This document shows, piece after piece, positions 46,876 to 56,194 of a stretch of DNA of 64,000 nt. Source of the stretch: Candidatus Omnitrophota bacterium (GTDB lineage: Bacteria > Omnitrophota > Gorgyraeia > 2-01-FULL-45-10); contig JAPLME010000006.1 in assembly GCA_026387175.1 (NCBI GenBank), positions 108,078 to 172,077 of the forward strand. Direction: 5' to 3'. Made by a program: the position numbers and the translations under genes. A model generated the notes under the pieces. It had not been told where the DNA came from, ran no database searches, and was given only the letters and a program-made list of their open reading frames with translations. Each line of letters opens with the position of its first letter. Position 1 is the stretch's first letter.

Positions 46876-47743
46876 GGTGCCGCTCTTCTCGCATATCTAA
46901 AATATCCATCCAGACAACGCTCTCCCCGGACATCTGCAGCGCTTTGACATTGGACCATATATTACGACGATGCTTCGGCACGTCCCAGTCATGAAGCGGA
47001 AATACAAAGGACAGGCCTTCATCCTTATTCTTGTCCAGATATCGCGACAGGTGCCCTTTCATAATAGGAGCGGGCATAATCGGCCCGAATACGCTCTCTA
47101 TCTCGACTATATTCTTCGAAGGGGGAAGTATAAATTGCCTGCCATGCTCCGGAATGACCCCATCGTCCAGGTATCTCCCGCCGAAGGTATTGAGCTTCCC
47201 TTTCCTCACGGACAGATCCACTAATATGCCCGCGCGCTCCAGCTCAAGCACTATATCTTCCGTCAGGAACCACCATCCCCCTATATATATTTTCGGAGCG
47301 ATACCCATATCTTTGAGCCAGCCGGTCTCGGCCCTGATCTGAGCCCTTACAACATCTTTATCATAATTATCGCCGGATACTTGAGTCGGCCCATTCCGGC
47401 CCTCTAGATAAAAATGTCCGTGATACCCTATATCCGCGAATTTCGCAATATCGGCAATCCTCCGTCCTATAAGCTCCTGCGGCATCCCGATCCTGTCGAT
47501 AGCGATCTTGACCGCCGGACAATGAGGTGTGCTGACACAGACAGCTATCTTTTTTCCGGTGAGATTAGTAAAATCTCTTGAGAACCCGAGAAGCGTTCCG
47601 GAGATCTTCTCGTCATACAGCATCTCCGTATGTATGCAAAAATTTATTCGCGCGGGCGCCTGCCGGTGTGGAAGCCCTGGGTCCTTGAGATACCACCCGG
47701 CCTTGGTGAACTTATCCAGTAAAATCTCTTTGATCCCGGCCAT
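46862..47743 (-). CDS. Hypothetical protein, possibly carbohydrate esterase/deacetylase-like
   Basis: No firm motif. HGHFYLEG and C-terminal FPLHDWDVPKH loosely resemble NodB-type His/Asp motifs. Confidence 0.25.
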   Translation of the reverse strand: MAGIKEILLDKFTKAGWYLKDPGLPHRQAPARINFCIHTEMLYDEKISGTLLGFSRDFTNLTGKKIAVCVSTPHCPAVKIAIDRIGMPQELIGRRIADIAKFADIGYHGHFYLEGRNGPTQVSGDNYDKDVVRAQIRAETGWLKDMGIAPKIYIGGWWFLTEDIVLELERAGILVDLSVRKGKLNTFGGRYLDDGVIPEHGRQFILPPSKNIVEIESVFGPIMPAPIMKGHLSRYLDKNKDEGLSFVFPLHDWDVPKHRRNIWSNVKALQMSGESVVWMDILDMREERHHDKR

Positions 47744-47745
47744 AT

Positions 47746-48477
47746 CTATTTATCCTGAAATGTTTTCGAACGCGCGACCGCCCGTATAACGCCGGGGCCC
47801 CTTGAGGAGACAACGTCCGTCCATCCGCTCTGCTCAAGCTCGTCCTTCAGAAAATTGTCGTTGTATAGCTTTATATGCTTGTCGTCTCCGATATCCTCGA
47901 TATCCATATCTTCCAAGAGCTCGGCCACCCAGTCCGATTCTTCGCTGGGGGTCTCGACCACTATATTTCGCGCCAATGCCGATAACTTTTTCAATATGGC
48001 ATCGCTCTTCTCCATGTGTTCTATGGCGTGCACCATGACAGCGACGTCGAAGGGCTCTTCGAATTCAAGATCCAGTACATCGCCTGTTATGAACTCGACG
48101 TTCTTCAGTCCCCTGACATCTTTATCGATATTCTCTATATAGTTCTTATCGATATCTACGCCCACTACGCTGCGCGCCTTGACAGCAACGATACCGGACA
48201 GATGGCCCTCTGCGCATCCCACATCCAGCACCCTGTCGCCCGGCTTTATCTGCGACAATATGAATTCATCTATACCGCCCCTGTACTTGACAACCGCCGG
48301 CCCGTAGTATTTGCATGCGAGCCGCCATGTCACCGTTCGAAGCACATAGGTCAGGTAAGAATAAAATCTTAATACGGCCCTCTTCGGCAGTATCGCATAA
48401 AATAGATCCGCGGAACGGCAGATAAAACTCTTTAATGCCCTCCAGAAAATACCGATTCTCTTTTTACGCTCCGGCAT
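47746..48477 (-). CDS. Class I SAM-dependent methyltransferase
   Basis: VLDVGCAEGHLSGIV, VAVMVHAIEHM. Confidence 0.7.
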   Translation of the reverse strand: MPERKKRIGIFWRALKSFICRSADLFYAILPKRAVLRFYSYLTYVLRTVTWRLACKYYGPAVVKYRGGIDEFILSQIKPGDRVLDVGCAEGHLSGIVAVKARSVVGVDIDKNYIENIDKDVRGLKNVEFITGDVLDLEFEEPFDVAVMVHAIEHMEKSDAILKKLSALARNIVVETPSEESDWVAELLEDMDIEDIGDDKHIKLYNDNFLKDELEQSGWTDVVSSRGPGVIRAVARSKTFQDK

Positions 48478-48480
48478 GAT

Positions 48481-49809
48481 CTATGCCCTCGCCCTGTCAA
48501 TAAGTGAATCGAAAATACCGGCAAGTTCCCCCGCCCTGAGCTTTCGGGACAGATTTCGTATCTCCGTCTCCTTCCCATCGTATCGCACATTGCCATTTCG
48601 TGTAAATTCATCATACAGGCCGGCCAGCGCAGAGCGCAGATCTTCCCCTGTATCTGCCGTCAGGCCGCAGGATGTCTTTCGGATCAGTTCGTCCACTATG
48701 CTTCCCTTTCTGGCCAATGCCAGTATGGGCCTGCGCGATCCTATGTAGTCGTAAAGTTTCGCCGAATACCAGCCCTCGCCGCCTCTTCCCTGCCACTGGA
48801 CGAAGAGAAGCGCATCGGCCGACCTCTGCGCCTCCAGAGATTCCCGGTAACCGAGCTTTCCCATGTCTCTGACTATCCCGCTTAAATTATACGATACGGC
48901 CATTCCCTCTATGTCGGGCTTATCATAGCCAAGGACATGAAACCTGACATCCATCTTTCTGCCGTCTATACGGCCCTCCGCCATAAGATCCCTCATCGTC
49001 TTAAAGAGAAGATCCAAAGGCTGTTTGTCACGGTGAAGTTTTCCCGTATATGTTATGGTGAACTTATCGTTCGACTTATATGTGAACGGCTTAAAGTCCT
49101 CCTCATCGAATGCATTCTCAACGACCTTCACTTTACCGGGAGGACCCCCTATGGATCGGCGAAGCGTCTCTGCCCATGGCTCCGAAACGGTGATCACGGC
49201 ATCGGCGTCCTTCAGAACGCGCCTTTCGATCGACTTCAGAACCATCTTCTTTATCATGGGCCTTTGCCTGAAGTGGTCCTCCGCCCAGAGGTCTCTCAGG
49301 TCCGCTACCCACGGTATGCCGAACATCTTTTTCAATCTTCTTCCTATCAGATGCGCCGTCTCGGGCGGCGAGGTGCTAAAGATCATATCCACATGTTCGG
49401 CGGCGATGATCTTTCCGCCCTCTTCGATGCCAAACTTGTGCCATCCTATCTGGTCGTCCGGCATCAGTATGAGCTCGCGTAATAGAGACGGCCTGCGCGA
49501 GCATCCGGCCGGAGTTTCGGCTCTTGCAGCGGACGGAGCGCCGCATGCGCATCCATTCCGCCTGAAAGGCGACAGCTTTCTGATCTCTTCGATCGGATCC
49601 CTGTAATCGGTCCTGAATACACGCACATCAGGTAGAGATATCGTATCATTATTGCCGGTGCTCGATCCGGACTTCGCGGTCAACACAAGAGGCTGCCAGC
49701 CATACGCAGGAAGGTACTTGGCGAACTTAAGCGCCCTGACCAGCCCCACGCCTTCCATCGGCGGCCATACGTACGAGATGATCAGCACCTTTTTATCATT
49801 CACCGGCAT
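48481..49809 (-). CDS. GT4 family (GT-B) glycosyltransferase
   Basis: N-terminal VLIISYVWPPMEGVGLVRALKFAKYL; C-terminal domain with LGYRESL...ADALLFVQ pattern. Contains a GC-rich Ala/Arg/Cys-rich insertion at residues about 83-108. Confidence 0.65.
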   Translation of the reverse strand: MPVNDKKVLIISYVWPPMEGVGLVRALKFAKYLPAYGWQPLVLTAKSGSSTGNNDTISLPDVRVFRTDYRDPIEEIRKLSPFRRNGCACGAPSAARAETPAGCSRRPSLLRELILMPDDQIGWHKFGIEEGGKIIAAEHVDMIFSTSPPETAHLIGRRLKKMFGIPWVADLRDLWAEDHFRQRPMIKKMVLKSIERRVLKDADAVITVSEPWAETLRRSIGGPPGKVKVVENAFDEEDFKPFTYKSNDKFTITYTGKLHRDKQPLDLLFKTMRDLMAEGRIDGRKMDVRFHVLGYDKPDIEGMAVSYNLSGIVRDMGKLGYRESLEAQRSADALLFVQWQGRGGEGWYSAKLYDYIGSRRPILALARKGSIVDELIRKTSCGLTADTGEDLRSALAGLYDEFTRNGNVRYDGKETEIRNLSRKLRAGELAGIFDSLIDRARA

Positions 49810-51355
49810 CGACCTCTGACATGGTAAGGCGTTTTAGATCGAGAAAATACCGTTTTTGCGGCAGGGGCTTCTCTTGAACTGTCCGGCTGTCGCCGCTGAC
49901 TCCCCATTTACCGTCGGGCAGCCTTGTAAAATATATCCCGCGCCTCAGATTAATGCTGTCGACGCTTGTCCTGTAATTTTTCCTGTACGATACGGACTGC
50001 TTCAGCCTTTTGAAAAAGTTCCGATAATCGTACCTCAGGATCAGCAGCCATTTTTTGATCTTAAACAGGATCGGATGCATATCCGGCTCATTGTAGCTTC
50101 CGCTTCTTATATTCAGGATGCGCCTGGCCTTTATGCGTTCTTTCAACGGGAAATCTTTGGTCTCGTAAGCGATGCTGCCGTACCGCGTGCCTATCGACGA
50201 GATGTTATAAGCGTCGGCAAGCATCACGGCGTTGTCCTTCGCCCATCGTTCGATCCCTGTACCGGTGAAGGGCACGCAAGAAGCGTACGCCAGGAGATCG
50301 AGATCCAGCTTCCTCGCGTTTTCAAACGACCTCAATGTCTTTTTGAAGGTATCGCCCGGGAGCCCCATAAGCATATATCCGAAGATCTCTATATTATGTT
50401 TCTTCATCAGCGCGATCCCTTTCCGGATCTGCTCTATGGTCTCGCCTTTATTGATCTTCTTAAAGACATCCTCTTCAAGCGTCTCTATACCGACCCATAT
50501 GCGCCGGCAGTTCGCGTCCTTAAGGCTCTGCATCAGGCCCTCCGTCATCCTGTCGGCCCTGAATCCCTGTACGACCCACGGCATATCGAGTTTCTCTTCC
50601 ACTAAAAGCCTGCAGAATTTTTCCACGCGGCCTATATCGACATTGAACGACGCGTCGCATACATGGAACATCTTCGCTCCATATCGCTCCTTTGCCGCCC
50701 TGATCTCCTTTATGATATTCTCCGGAGAGCGCGCCCTCCACTTCTTCCCTAAGTGCGAGAAACAGAATACGCAGCCATACGGACAGCCGCGGGTGGTAAC
50801 GATAGGATAGACATCCATCTTGTCGACGCCGAATACGCCGTAATCGGGGAATTCGATCGAGTCGAGATCGCCTATGAATTCCCTGGGAGGATTGATCGTG
50901 ATATCCCGCCCGTTCCGCCAGGCCAGGCCCTTGACGGGACCGAGTGCTGCCTTTTTGTCCAAGGCATTCAGCAGTTCTACAAGCGTCAGCTCGCCTTCGC
51001 CTATGACTGCAATGTCGGCTTCCGGGATAAGCTCGAGCGCCTTGCCCTTAAGCGCGGACACCTCGGGGCCGCCCAATATCACGGTGCCCTTAAAATATTT
51101 TTTCATCTCTTTCACGTAGGCCTTCACGTTGTTGAAGCTCATATTGGTGACCGATATCCCTATCGCGTCCGGTTTGAAGGCATCCACCGCGTCCCTGATG
51201 GACTTGAGCGGCTCATCCACCCGAATATTGACAAAATCCAGAACGCTGACGATATGGCCGCGCCTCAGGGCGCTGGTCGCGCAATACGCTATACCGATAT
51301 TGAGCCCCGTCGATTCCTTGTCACCCATCGGATCTATGAAAAGTATCTTCATCAC
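49796..51355 (-). CDS. B12-binding-domain radical SAM enzyme (class B)
   Basis: MMKILFIDPM...RGHIVSVLDF; VTTRGCPYGCVFCFSH. Confidence 0.8.
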   Translation of the reverse strand: MMKILFIDPMGDKESTGLNIGIAYCATSALRRGHIVSVLDFVNIRVDEPLKSIRDAVDAFKPDAIGISVTNMSFNNVKAYVKEMKKYFKGTVILGGPEVSALKGKALELIPEADIAVIGEGELTLVELLNALDKKAALGPVKGLAWRNGRDITINPPREFIGDLDSIEFPDYGVFGVDKMDVYPIVTTRGCPYGCVFCFSHLGKKWRARSPENIIKEIRAAKERYGAKMFHVCDASFNVDIGRVEKFCRLLVEEKLDMPWVVQGFRADRMTEGLMQSLKDANCRRIWVGIETLEEDVFKKINKGETIEQIRKGIALMKKHNIEIFGYMLMGLPGDTFKKTLRSFENARKLDLDLLAYASCVPFTGTGIERWAKDNAVMLADAYNISSIGTRYGSIAYETKDFPLKERIKARRILNIRSGSYNEPDMHPILFKIKKWLLILRYDYRNFFKRLKQSVSYRKNYRTSVDSINLRRGIYFTRLPDGKWGVSGDSRTVQEKPLPQKRYFLDLKRLTMSEVDAGE

Positions 51356-52833
51356 GCCGCTCCTTTTGCAGAATATTTAGGGTTATAGTATCTGTTGAAC
51401 CGGTGCAGCACCTCTATCTCCCAGGGGAAAGCGAAGAACTTTGTCTTTAGCCTTGCTTTGCTTATCCTGTAAAATATCTCTTTTCCGAAAGTCCGTATCA
51501 TATTGGATCCCTTGGAATGTGTCAATAGCTTGCCGTATTTATCTATCCTGTAGAAGAGCGTCTTCGTATCTTTATCCGCCCATGGAAGCCAGCTGAGGTG
51601 CATCTTTCCGGTGAACGTGTCGAAGGTATCGTAATCCGCCATATTCGCCGGCAGGTTGAACCCGTTCTCGATCGCAAGCTGGTAGAGATACGATCCCGGA
51701 TACGGTATGAATGTCTGGAACGTCACGACTATGTCGGAAAATATTTCCGACAACGTAACTCCGAGGTCCACTGTCTGCCATATCTCATCCATGGTTTCCG
51801 TAGGAAAACCTATTATCATCGCGGCCGTTACGGATATATTCGGAAACTTCGACAGGAGCTTGAACTGTTTCAATATGAGTTCGCGCGTCAGCCCCTTATT
51901 GATCAGCTCCAGGACACGGCTCGATCCCGACTCCACCCCCACGAATATCCGCCTCACCCCCAGCGCCTCCAGGCGCCTCAATATCGGTTCCGTCAATACC
52001 TCGAGCCGTATCATGCACGATGTGGCCACCACATCCATCTCTTTCAACTTCTCAAGGATATTGAATGCCCTGTCCATATCAACAAAGAAGTTGTCATCAT
52101 GAAATTGTATCGCCCTTATATTATGATGTCTCCTGAGATACCCTATCTTGTCTATAACGTATTCCGGCGAATGCTTGCGCCATCTCCTGTCATTGAACTT
52201 CAGGTTATAGCAGAAACTGCAGTTATAGGGACAGCCCCTCGATGCGACGAAATCCACCTGCCTTCTGCCGTCGGGCAGGACCGTGACGCATTTCTCAAAA
52301 TCATTCTCGAGGCTCCAGTCAGGTTCGTATTTATCGAGCTCACCTATGAACGGCCTCCTCGAATCTATGACAAATTTACCGTTCTCTTTATATCCTATGC
52401 CCCTGACGCCTTTCAGCTCTTTACCCTGCGCCAGGCAACCCGCCAGCTCCGCCACCATCTCCTCGCCCTCGCCCATTGCGACTATGTCCACGCAATCTTC
52501 TTTGAGGCAGTCCTCCGGCAGAAGGGTCGGATGGACGCCGCCCCAGACTATGGTCACATCTTTGTCGCGAGCCTTGATGGCCTTCGATATTTCATAGCTA
52601 TATTTTGTCTGGGCCCCCGTGAGAGTGGATATCCCGACGAAGAGCGGCTGCATGGCCGTTATCTCATCCGCCGCGGTGCCTATATCCTCTTTAAAAATGT
52701 TAAAGAGGCGCACGTCATACCCGGATTTTTTAAGCGTGCTTCCGAGATAGATGAGCCCGAGCGGGTGTATGACCACGTCCGACTCGATACGCACGAGGGC
52801 CACGATCTTATTATTTTTAATTTTCTTCTCCAT
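51352..52833 (-). CDS. B12-binding-domain radical SAM enzyme (class B) (start re-assigned to MEKKIKNNKIVAL)
   Basis: VASRGCPYNCSFCYNL. The track ORF start at 52980 would overlap the upstream gene by 143 nt. The ATG at 52831-52833 leaves a 4-bp gap and has a GGAGCG RBS. Confidence 0.75.
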   Translation of the reverse strand: MEKKIKNNKIVALVRIESDVVIHPLGLIYLGSTLKKSGYDVRLFNIFKEDIGTAADEITAMQPLFVGISTLTGAQTKYSYEISKAIKARDKDVTIVWGGVHPTLLPEDCLKEDCVDIVAMGEGEEMVAELAGCLAQGKELKGVRGIGYKENGKFVIDSRRPFIGELDKYEPDWSLENDFEKCVTVLPDGRRQVDFVASRGCPYNCSFCYNLKFNDRRWRKHSPEYVIDKIGYLRRHHNIRAIQFHDDNFFVDMDRAFNILEKLKEMDVVATSCMIRLEVLTEPILRRLEALGVRRIFVGVESGSSRVLELINKGLTRELILKQFKLLSKFPNISVTAAMIIGFPTETMDEIWQTVDLGVTLSEIFSDIVVTFQTFIPYPGSYLYQLAIENGFNLPANMADYDTFDTFTGKMHLSWLPWADKDTKTLFYRIDKYGKLLTHSKGSNMIRTFGKEIFYRISKARLKTKFFAFPWEIEVLHRFNRYYNPKYSAKGAA

Positions 52834-52837
52834 GATC

Positions 52838-53911
52838 CTACGCTCCGATACGGATGCCTTTATTGTCGGGACAGACCTTGCAGGGATCCGGGATCCGGCA
52901 ATTATCCTTAGACAGGAAGGCCCTCCGCATATCTTTAAAGAAAGCGTTGTTCCAGACATTTTCGTCTTTGTAGCTGCCATGCCCGGACATATTGAGCAGC
53001 ATCATCGAACAGCTGGAGACGTTGCCGTCCCCGTCGAACCTTATCTGGGAAAAATGCGTTTCGCAGTTATTTTCGCTCATATTCCTATCGACCAATAGCG
53101 GCGGAGTAAGCTTCCTCCTGATGGCGGCAGGATAGGACGCGAATATGGCTCTCATCTCGTCGATAACCTTCTTATCGGCCATAAGGGACCTCTCCTCGGC
53201 CCTGAGGCCGTCATAAGGGGCCGACAGGAAGTTGCAGAAGAAAGAGTGGTCGGCGCCCAGCGCAATACTGACATCCACCATATAGGGAATGAATTTGTAG
53301 TTATGCCTATCGATTATATATGACAACTTTACCTTCACACTTGAAGACCTCCGCCTCTTCTCTTCGACCAGCATCCTGACGGAGTCGTAAATCTCCTGAT
53401 AGGTTTCCGGGCCCATGCCGGTCATACGGCTGAACTCTTCCGAATTGTGCCCGTTTATGCTTATAGTGATGCCGTCCAGGGCCGAATTCAATATATTATC
53501 GATATTCTTCCGGATCATCGTGCCGTTGGAGAAGGTCTTTACGGTCATCTTCTTGAGCGCCGCGTAATCGACCATCTTGAAAAAATCCTTGTTCAGAAGC
53601 GGCTCGCCGGAACCTATTATATGCACCGTCGCAGCGTTCTTGAATCGGTTTATGATCTCCTTGAACCTTGCCAGGTCCATATCCTTTATGGACTGCTGGG
53701 CGTGGGCGTAGTCGCCGGGGACGCGCCCCGAATGCGTCGGACACATGTCACAGGAGAGCGTGCAACGGCCGGTCGCCACTATGGAGATGGTGACGGGATC
53801 GTAATGCAGCATCTCCTTCTTCCCTGAAAGAAGGTACCGTAAGTAATTGCTCTTTTGGGCCAGGGTATGAGGGGCCAGGACCATGTTGATCATATCTCTT
53901 GCGATACTCAT
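52838..53911 (-). CDS. Radical SAM / SPASM-domain protein
   Basis: ATGRCTLSCDMCPTHSG radical SAM motif. C-terminal CETHF...SSCSMML...CRIPDPCKVCPDN auxiliary-cluster cysteines. Confidence 0.65.
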   Translation of the reverse strand: MSIARDMINMVLAPHTLAQKSNYLRYLLSGKKEMLHYDPVTISIVATGRCTLSCDMCPTHSGRVPGDYAHAQQSIKDMDLARFKEIINRFKNAATVHIIGSGEPLLNKDFFKMVDYAALKKMTVKTFSNGTMIRKNIDNILNSALDGITISINGHNSEEFSRMTGMGPETYQEIYDSVRMLVEEKRRRSSSVKVKLSYIIDRHNYKFIPYMVDVSIALGADHSFFCNFLSAPYDGLRAEERSLMADKKVIDEMRAIFASYPAAIRRKLTPPLLVDRNMSENNCETHFSQIRFDGDGNVSSCSMMLLNMSGHGSYKDENVWNNAFFKDMRRAFLSKDNCRIPDPCKVCPDNKGIRIGA

Positions 53912-53912
53912 A

Positions 53913-55394
53913 TCACACCGCGCTTCTTATCTTCTCGGCCGCCATCCGGTTCTTTAACCGTTTCCGCAGGTTTGAGATGAATTTATTGTTAACGATATGC
54001 TCATAGACTATGCCGCTGGCGTATATGCGCGCCAGGGCCGAGGCCGTGCGGGGCCCGAGCCCCATATCCCGGAATTTCCGGTACGCGTTATTCCTGGAAT
54101 ACGCGCGCCTCGTCCTCTTAATATGCCCCGAAGTCGAGCGGTAAGCGTAATCGAACGCCTTCTTCCTGAGCTCGTAGGGAAATTCCGGCGTCGACAAAAA
54201 AGGCGTATTCCTGCGCTGCGATCCGTCATTGAGGTATTCCTCGGGGCTCCTCAGCAGATATCCGGACTTTTTGACGGACTCGAAAAGCTCCGTGCGCGGA
54301 TAAGGAAGTATATGATAGAAGCTGGCTATCATGACAGGATACTTGGTTGCCAGGCTGACAGTCTTCTCGAAATCCTTCCACGTCTCACCCGGGGCGCCGA
54401 TCAGAAAATAGAGTTCGACTATATAACCGAGATCGCAGGCCGTCTTAATGGCCTCTTCCATGGTCTTCACGGTGGAACTCTTCTTAAGGCTCTTGAGTAT
54501 CCCGTCGTCGCCGGACTCCACGCCGAGCCCTATCATCCTGAACCCGACCTCCTTCATGCGTTTCAGTATCTTATGGTCTATCTTATCGGCCCTGACGCCG
54601 TTATCGCACATCAGGTACAGGCCCTTTAATCTACGCCGTTCGATCTCATCGCATACCTGATACACCCTCTCTTGAACCAATGTGAAATTATCGTCCCGAA
54701 AACTGAACTCGCGGCGGCCAAGATTATAATGGTATTCGAGCTCATCGGCCACGCTCTTCGCGGAACGCGTAACGAACCTTCTTCCTATGGCAAGCTGAAC
54801 GGGACAATAGGTGCACTCGAAAGGGCATCCGCGCGAAGAGAAAAGGGATATCAGCGACGAATAATCGGTTTTGTCGAATTTCTCATACTTCGGATACGGC
54901 AGGCTGTCCAGATCCTGCAGGAATGGCCTGTCGCCGTTATAGACTATCCTGCTGCCGTCTCTATGTATCAACCCCTTTATCCCGGCGATATCTCCGTCTC
55001 CGGCCAGTTCCACAAGAGCGTGCTCGCCCTCTATCACTATGCCGTAATCTATGGCAGGGCAATCTCTCAGCACCTCTTCGCGCATAGTGGAGACATGCGC
55101 TCCGCCGGCAACGATCCGTATCTCCGGAAAGAGCGCCTTGACGCGCCCGAGCATGCCGTAATTATATTTATAATTCAGGCTCATCATGCTGAGGCCGAAT
55201 AGATTCGGCTTGAAGCGCCTTATCTTGTCGAAGAGCCCCTTCTCGGTATTCTTCGCTACGTTCAGATCGAATACGTCATTCTCGATGCCATTTGCCGTAA
55301 GGAATTCGGACAGATATCCTATTCCCGCCGGAAGGACGTTCGAAAAGACGGAATCGTATTTGGCCTGGGCCAATAATATATTTTTAAATCTCAT
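53913..55394 (-). CDS. B12-binding-domain radical SAM enzyme (class B)
   Basis: MRFKNILLAQAKYD...NGIENDVFD; FSSRGCPFECTYCPVQ. Confidence 0.8.
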   Translation of the reverse strand: MRFKNILLAQAKYDSVFSNVLPAGIGYLSEFLTANGIENDVFDLNVAKNTEKGLFDKIRRFKPNLFGLSMMSLNYKYNYGMLGRVKALFPEIRIVAGGAHVSTMREEVLRDCPAIDYGIVIEGEHALVELAGDGDIAGIKGLIHRDGSRIVYNGDRPFLQDLDSLPYPKYEKFDKTDYSSLISLFSSRGCPFECTYCPVQLAIGRRFVTRSAKSVADELEYHYNLGRREFSFRDDNFTLVQERVYQVCDEIERRRLKGLYLMCDNGVRADKIDHKILKRMKEVGFRMIGLGVESGDDGILKSLKKSSTVKTMEEAIKTACDLGYIVELYFLIGAPGETWKDFEKTVSLATKYPVMIASFYHILPYPRTELFESVKKSGYLLRSPEEYLNDGSQRRNTPFLSTPEFPYELRKKAFDYAYRSTSGHIKRTRRAYSRNNAYRKFRDMGLGPRTASALARIYASGIVYEHIVNNKFISNLRKRLKNRMAAEKIRSAV

Positions 55395-56194
55395 AGCCTC
55401 TTCCGCAGCAAGACGCTGATCTCGCTGCCCTGTTTCAAAATGGACGGCGTAAGCCTGTCCATTAAAAAGAATATTGCGGCGCTCACCTTGCCGAAACAGG
55501 CTTCGATCGCGTTTCGCGAGGGGCGCTCGATGGAATCATTAAAACAATAAGGACATAGGGCCCCTTCGGCGCTGTACACCTTGCCGAGCTTCCGGGCCGC
55601 ACGGACAACGGCCGAGGGCCTGGCATCCCGTCTCTTTCCGAATACCTTCATGTTTACGATATCGAACTCCGCTTTTGGAAAGAGGCGGTTTATCAATTTC
55701 TCGTTCACCGCCCTTATGTGGCCGTAAACATTGAATTCTCTATTGCACTTGTTGCAAAGCGCGACCGGCCAATCGATAGCGTCCTTGAACGGGCTGTTTA
55801 TCAATATATATTTACGCGATACTCTTTTAAGCTCGGAAACGCTCTCGTCGAAATACTCATCTTTGAGATGCTCAAGGATATCGGCGGCCAGGACAAGGTC
55901 GAACTGACGGTCCTTAAAAGGGATGTTCTTAGCGTCGGCAACGCAGACGCGTGGATCCTTGAGCCTGCCGACAAGTTCGGGTGACAGGTCGATCCCGAAG
56001 CACCTGACACCGTTTTTCCTCTTAAGCTCCCCGAAGATGAACCCGCCGCCGAGGCCCACATCCAGGATCGCCCTCGCATCTTCCGGTATCGCGCCGACTA
56101 TGTTGCGTAAACGCTCCTCATCGAAACTGTCTGCCGGCGACGGATGGACGAACCTCTCCACCCACTCCTTGCGGCTGTAGATATTATCGCCCAT
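55391..56194 (-). CDS. Class I SAM-dependent methyltransferase
   Basis: ILDVGLGGGFIFGEL, DLVLAADILEHL. Confidence 0.7.
   Translation of the reverse strand: MGDNIYSRKEWVERFVHPSPADSFDEERLRNIVGAIPEDARAILDVGLGGGFIFGELKRKNGVRCFGIDLSPELVGRLKDPRVCVADAKNIPFKDRQFDLVLAADILEHLKDEYFDESVSELKRVSRKYILINSPFKDAIDWPVALCNKCNREFNVYGHIRAVNEKLINRLFPKAEFDIVNMKVFGKRRDARPSAVVRAARKLGKVYSAEGALCPYCFNDSIERPSRNAIEACFGKVSAAIFFLMDRLTPSILKQGSEISVLLRKRL

Noticed and set aside
48937-49606. Two overlapping plus-strand ORFs (181 and 183 aa) inside the GT4 gene region
   Set aside because: They are antisense to a GT4 gene with clear motifs, and their existence is promoted by the GC-rich insertion. No motifs.
51352-52980. ORF-track start at 52980 giving a 143-nt overlap with the upstream radical SAM gene
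   Set aside because: The N-terminal 49 residues (MAATKTKMSGTTLSLKICGGPSCLRIIAG...) are not conserved among the paralogs. The internal ATG at 52831-52833 (MEKKIKNNKIVAL) restores the paralog-typical N-terminus and a 4-bp intergenic gap.
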